Origin: Elusimicrobiota bacterium
Lineage (GTDB): Bacteria > Elusimicrobiota > Elusimicrobia > FEN-1173
DNA length: 64,000 bases
Reading direction: 5' to 3'
Assembly (NCBI GenBank): GCA_016715645.1
Contig: JADJZR010000008.1
Location: 48,241-112,240 of the forward strand
In this document: positions 60,192 to 64,000 of the stretch, piece after piece
Numbering within the stretch: position 1 is the stretch's first letter
How the letters are laid out: every line of letters starts with the position of its first letter
Translations under genes and position numbers: made by a program
Notes under the pieces: generated by a model
Databases searched by the model: none
What the model saw: the letters and a program-made list of their open reading frames with translations, nothing else
Told to the model about the DNA's origin: nothing

Positions 60192-61370
60192 TTCAGCCAG
60201 TATGTCTTTTGTTTGGTGCCAGGGGAGAGCGACGCCGTGGCGGAACGTCTGTGGGCGTGGAACGCGACAGATCAAATATCCCCCCTTTGCTTTTTCCTGG
60301 GTTTGGAAAGCCGCAAGACCGTCGAAATCGGATTCCCGAGGGGTTTCGGTCCATTTAATCTCGATGGGAACCCGGCGGTTTTCTTTCTCAATAACAAGGT
60401 CAACTTCTTCTCCCCGTTTCGTGCGCCAATAAGTGAGCCGGGCACCCGGCTGAACTGTTGCGATGAGTTCGAGGATAACGGCGTGTTCAAACAGAGTTCC
60501 CTTTTGAAGAGGGAGAATTCCTGGAGAGTGTTCAAGGCCGGCGGCGGCGTTTCGGACCCCCATATCGAAAAAGTAGTAACGTGGTTTTCGTAGAGTGGAG
60601 GCCCGGTGAGCGCCAAAGGCGGGAATTCGATGAAGGATGAGGCTATCTTCCAAAACGGTGTAATACTGGGCCAGGGTCGTATGGGACACTCCCACGTCCG
60701 TTGCGATTTTTGAGAAGTTGGGGCTTTGCCCCGATTCCAAGGCGGCAAGGCGTAGAAAAGCGGCGAACGGCGGGAGCCGCCGCACGGCGGCTTCCTGGCG
60801 AATTTCTTCCTCTAAGTACAGGGCCGTGTAAGACGTCAAATAATCGCGCCGGACGGCAACGTCCGGTTCGCGCAGGATGCCAGGCAATCCTCCGTAAAGC
60901 ATTCGCTCTTCCAGGAGCGGCTGTCGGTCTTCTTTGGAGGCGAGCATCCCCCGCTCTTCCCAGGTCAACGGATGAAGATGTCGCAGATGGATCCTTCCCG
61001 GAAGCCAGTTCTTCGCGCCGTGACGCATTTTCCGCGCCGAAGACCCCGATGCCACCAACACAATCCGTTTTTCATCCAATAGATATTGCAGAACATCCAT
61101 CAAAGCGGGATTTTTTTGGATCTCGTCTATAAAGACGACCTGCGGGGGGCCTCTCTTCCCCGCTTCCCGGACCAACACTTCGGGGTCCTGTTCCAGCCGT
61201 GTTCGGACGGAAGGGAGTTGCAACGGATACTCCAGCGCTCCCGGGAACGCGGAAAGAACCTCCTTGATGAGCGTGGATTTCCCCGTCTGGCGGGGGCCGA
61301 GCAGGAGAGTCGACCGTCCGTGTCGAAGGTCTTCGGCCAAAGGGGCCGTGAGTAACCGTTTGAAACTCAT
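60186..61370 (-). CDS. AAA+ ATPase with C-terminal DUF4143 domain
   Basis: Start taken at MSFKRLL (61370). Walker A GPRQTGKST and Walker B VFIDEIQ. The C-terminal half is typical of the DUF4143 family. Confidence 0.65.
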   Translation of the reverse strand: MSFKRLLTAPLAEDLRHGRSTLLLGPRQTGKSTLIKEVLSAFPGALEYPLQLPSVRTRLEQDPEVLVREAGKRGPPQVVFIDEIQKNPALMDVLQYLLDEKRIVLVASGSSARKMRHGAKNWLPGRIHLRHLHPLTWEERGMLASKEDRQPLLEERMLYGGLPGILREPDVAVRRDYLTSYTALYLEEEIRQEAAVRRLPPFAAFLRLAALESGQSPNFSKIATDVGVSHTTLAQYYTVLEDSLILHRIPAFGAHRASTLRKPRYYFFDMGVRNAAAGLEHSPGILPLQKGTLFEHAVILELIATVQPGARLTYWRTKRGEEVDLVIEKENRRVPIEIKWTETPRESDFDGLAAFQTQEKAKGGYLICRVPRPQTFRHGVALPWHQTKDILAEL

Positions 61371-61483
61371 GATTTCAAAAAGTATACAATTTTGCAATAA
61401 CAACTTGCAAATGGTTCCATCGTTTGGTCGACCGGGAGGAAAATGGTAAATTGGGTGTCCAATGATCCTCCGAGGCAATTTTC

Positions 61484-63028
61484 GTGATTAAGGCCGAAGA
61501 AATTCCGAAACCGACGGATGCGGCCGGGCTGTTGCGGCGGGAACCCCGGGAAGGGTTTCGACGGGGAGCTCACCTTCGGTTGGCGGACCTGGCCGACGGG
61601 GGGGTGACGCGGTTTTTGTCCGCGGAGGCCGCGCCGGTCTATTTGACGATTCTTTACGCCCTGCTCTTGTTTCGCCGTCGGCACGAACTGGATCCCCTGC
61701 ACACCGTCCTTTACGACGACATTCGGCCCGTGGTGGAAAGCCAGACCGCCGCGCCCTATTCCCTGGACGCGTTCGCGTCCGACGTGAACCAGCTGGTGGA
61801 GTGGGGCTGTTTAAAACGGGAAGTGGAAGCCGCCCGCATTCGCGGCTACCGCGACCGAAGCCGGGACCATTTTCGATACACTCTCACCTCCGACACAGTT
61901 TCTTTTCTGGAATGGCTGGAAGGCCGGTTGGATCACCGTGTTCACGGCACGCTCCAGGACGGCCGCGATCTCCTGCTGGATCTAACCCAACGGTTGAACG
62001 AAGCGGCCAAAATTGTCCGTCGGTTGCGGGAGGGCGGTGACGAGGAAGACGCGCGCCGGTTGATTTATTTGCTGGAATCGGCCGACAACGAAATGGACGC
62101 GATCGGGCGGGACCTCACCGTGTTGCGAGCCGAGATGCACGCCTACGCCCGGGGGTTGGCCACCGCGGACGATTTGCGCCGGGTGGTGGACGGGCTGGAA
62201 CGATACGTGGCCCGTTACGTGCGCCGGTTGCGGGAGTTGGGCGGGCGGGCTTACATGGCGGCGCGGCGGCTGACGCGTAAAACGGCGCTGGACGTTCTTC
62301 GCCGGGCCCAGGAAAAAATCGCCGCTGACAGTCTGGGGGGCCGCTCCACCCGACGGGACACGGCGGAACTCCTTCAAAACGCCATTGTGCCGTTTTTGCG
62401 TCCCAACGGACGGCTGTTGGACACCTGTTCGCGGGTGGAAGAAATGGCGGCCCAGGTGGTTCAGCGCATCCACCGACGGTTGCGGGACCTGGAACTGCGC
62501 AATTTCCGGCTGGAAGAAATTGGCGCGCGGCTTAAAGAGATGGCCGCGATGGAGGAAACCGATCGTCGGCCGGGCCTTTTCCTGCGACGGCTGACGGCGC
62601 TTGTTCATGTCCCGTTGGATCCCAACTTACAGTCCGAAGGGAAATCCCGGTTGCCCCTGGTGCGGGCTTTCCGGGAATGGACCGACCGGGGCGCGCCCGA
62701 ACCCCTGCGCCGGCCGACGGCCCGGCCCGAGGACGCGTTGACACAAGACGATGACCGTCGGGCGCGTCTGCGGGCGTATGTGCACAACACTCTGTTGCGG
62801 GGCGCGTGGTCGGGCCGGTTGTCCAACGCCCGGCTGGAGAGCGGGGAAAATCCGTTCGAGTGGTTGGCCGTGGCCAAGGCGGGATTTTTAAGCCAGGGCC
62901 GCGACCTGGACCGGGCCGGTGTCCATATCCAAGACGAGGCGGGTTCGGCCCATCTGTCGGCCGACGGCCGCCATGTGGCCACCGTCGATCACACCCTGGT
63001 GGTGATGGAAAAATCCCATGGAACCTGA
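61484..63028 (+). CDS. jetA: Wadjet/condensin-like subunit A (JetA/MksF-like; DUF3375-type) - tentative
   Basis: 514-aa Arg/Leu-rich helical protein (GTG start). It is the first gene of an operon whose third gene has an SMC/JetC-type Walker-A N-terminus. Assignment is by size, order and composition. Confidence 0.4.
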   Translation: MIKAEEIPKPTDAAGLLRREPREGFRRGAHLRLADLADGGVTRFLSAEAAPVYLTILYALLLFRRRHELDPLHTVLYDDIRPVVESQTAAPYSLDAFASDVNQLVEWGCLKREVEAARIRGYRDRSRDHFRYTLTSDTVSFLEWLEGRLDHRVHGTLQDGRDLLLDLTQRLNEAAKIVRRLREGGDEEDARRLIYLLESADNEMDAIGRDLTVLRAEMHAYARGLATADDLRRVVDGLERYVARYVRRLRELGGRAYMAARRLTRKTALDVLRRAQEKIAADSLGGRSTRRDTAELLQNAIVPFLRPNGRLLDTCSRVEEMAAQVVQRIHRRLRDLELRNFRLEEIGARLKEMAAMEETDRRPGLFLRRLTALVHVPLDPNLQSEGKSRLPLVRAFREWTDRGAPEPLRRPTARPEDALTQDDDRRARLRAYVHNTLLRGAWSGRLSNARLESGENPFEWLAVAKAGFLSQGRDLDRAGVHIQDEAGSAHLSADGRHVATVDHTLVVMEKSHGT

Positions 63029-63710
63029 ATCCGCCGAACTCCCCGAATCCGCCTCGCTTCAGCGGCTCAACCAGGATCTTGTGCGCCGCGTGATGAACGT
63101 GTTGACCGAAGCCCCGTTTTTTTATCTGGAAGACGATCGGGCCCTGTTTCAATACGCCCGGCGCCATCGCGCCGCGTTTCGGGATTTCGCGAAATATTAT
63201 TTCGGCTGGGACCTGGTGATCGACGCGCGGTGCGCCCGCCTGGTCAAACGGGGGGACCGGGAAAATCCCGAACTCAAAAGCGCTCACGTGGACACGTTTC
63301 ATCTTCCGCGCCGAAACCTGTCCTTGGTGTTTTTAATTCTGCTGGAACTGTTTGAAATCGAACAACGTCGAGTCAATTGGCAATACGAGCGGGACGCGTA
63401 TTTGCGTTTTTTCCACAACGACTTTTTTGAATACGCCAAAACGCGGTTTCGGGCCCTGCTGGGGGACCGCGCGCCGGACGACAGCGCTCTGCGTCGGGAC
63501 ATCCAGGAGACATGGACAATTTTGATCAAATACCGGTTCATCCGGCCCATTCCCCCCACGCCGGCGGAACTGTTGGTGATGGACCGCAAACAAGGCGAGC
63601 TGTATGAGTTTTTGCCCGGTGTGACCTGTTACGACTCCAACGTGTTGCGGGACGCCGATTGGGTAGCGCGGCTAAAAGTTCAACCGGAAGAGGAGCCCCC
63701 TTCGTCATGA
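63018..63710 (+). CDS. jetB: Wadjet/condensin-like subunit B (JetB/MksE-like; DUF4194-type) - tentative
   Basis: 230-aa acidic protein overlapping both neighbours. Matches JetB in size and position. Confidence 0.4.
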   Translation: MEPESAELPESASLQRLNQDLVRRVMNVLTEAPFFYLEDDRALFQYARRHRAAFRDFAKYYFGWDLVIDARCARLVKRGDRENPELKSAHVDTFHLPRRNLSLVFLILLELFEIEQRRVNWQYERDAYLRFFHNDFFEYAKTRFRALLGDRAPDDSALRRDIQETWTILIKYRFIRPIPPTPAELLVMDRKQGELYEFLPGVTCYDSNVLRDADWVARLKVQPEEEPPSS

Positions 63711-64000
63711 CCACTTACCGAATCCGCTCGGTGCGGCTCATCAACTTCCACAATTTCATCGACGTGGAGATCCCGGTCCAAGGCCACCTCTTTTTGGTGG
63801 GCGACAACGCCTCGGGTAAAACCACCGTTTTGGACGCGGTCCAATGGGCCTTGTCGGGGGGACAAGATTTGGAGTTCAACGCCGCGGCCCAACTGTGGGG
63901 CGTGAAACAGGATGGCCGGACCCTGCGCGGCGCGGTTTTGCGCACGGACTTGGAAAAAGGCGACCAACGCACCGGCCGAACCATCACCTATGCCGCCGTC
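63707..64000 (+). CDS. jetC: SMC-like ATPase N-terminus (JetC/MksB-like); 3' end lies outside the window
   Basis: MTTYRIRSVRLINFHNFIDVEIPVQGHLFLVGDNASGKTTVLDAVQWAL is an SMC/Rad50-type Walker A head. Confidence 0.55.
   Translation, partial: MTTYRIRSVRLINFHNFIDVEIPVQGHLFLVGDNASGKTTVLDAVQWALSGGQDLEFNAAAQLWGVKQDGRTLRGAVLRTDLEKGDQRTGRTITYAAV

Overview
This window is GC-rich (~57%) bacterial DNA, with all but two genes on the + strand. The core, at ~2.6-54.8 kb, is a very large co-directional glycan-biosynthesis island. It combines (i) an NDP-heptose module (GmhA-like SIS isomerase, domain-swapped HldE-like kinase/nucleotidyltransferase, two SDR epimerases, split transketolase, HAD phosphatase, APH-like kinase); (ii) a C-methylated deoxysugar module (MDR dehydrogenase, TylC3-like C-methyltransferase, WbuC cupin, RmlD-like reductase, MsbA-like ABC exporter); (iii) a glycosylation/modification block (two DegT aminotransferases, NeuD/PglD-like acetyltransferases, GT-C-like membrane protein, GT2 carrying a 12-G homopolymer, WbqC proteins); (iv) a stand-alone adenylation-domain + carrier-protein + SDR + GNAT acylation module; (v) a complete pseudaminic-acid pathway (PseC, PseB, cytidylyltransferase, PseG, PseH, PseI) with a radical-SAM/SPASM enzyme, an MBL hydrolase and a TylF O-methyltransferase; and (vi) three GT-B-like putative transferases. 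Nine SAM-methyltransferase genes are interspersed. An IS4-family element with 9-bp target duplications sits exactly at the ribosome-binding site of an aminotransferase gene. The island is bounded on the left by a Schlafen/AlbA_2-HATPase_c_4 gene, a duplicated small gene pair flanking a DUF1016-N fragment, and an LhgO-like oxidase. On the right it ends in a nested IS (IS1380-family inside a truncated IS1634-family transposase). Beyond that lie a vapBC toxin-antitoxin pair under a perfect sigma70-consensus promoter, a glycerate kinase, a minus-strand DUF4143 AAA ATPase, and the start of a Wadjet/condensin-like jetABC operon that is cut by the window end. No rRNA, tRNA or CRISPR array was recognised.
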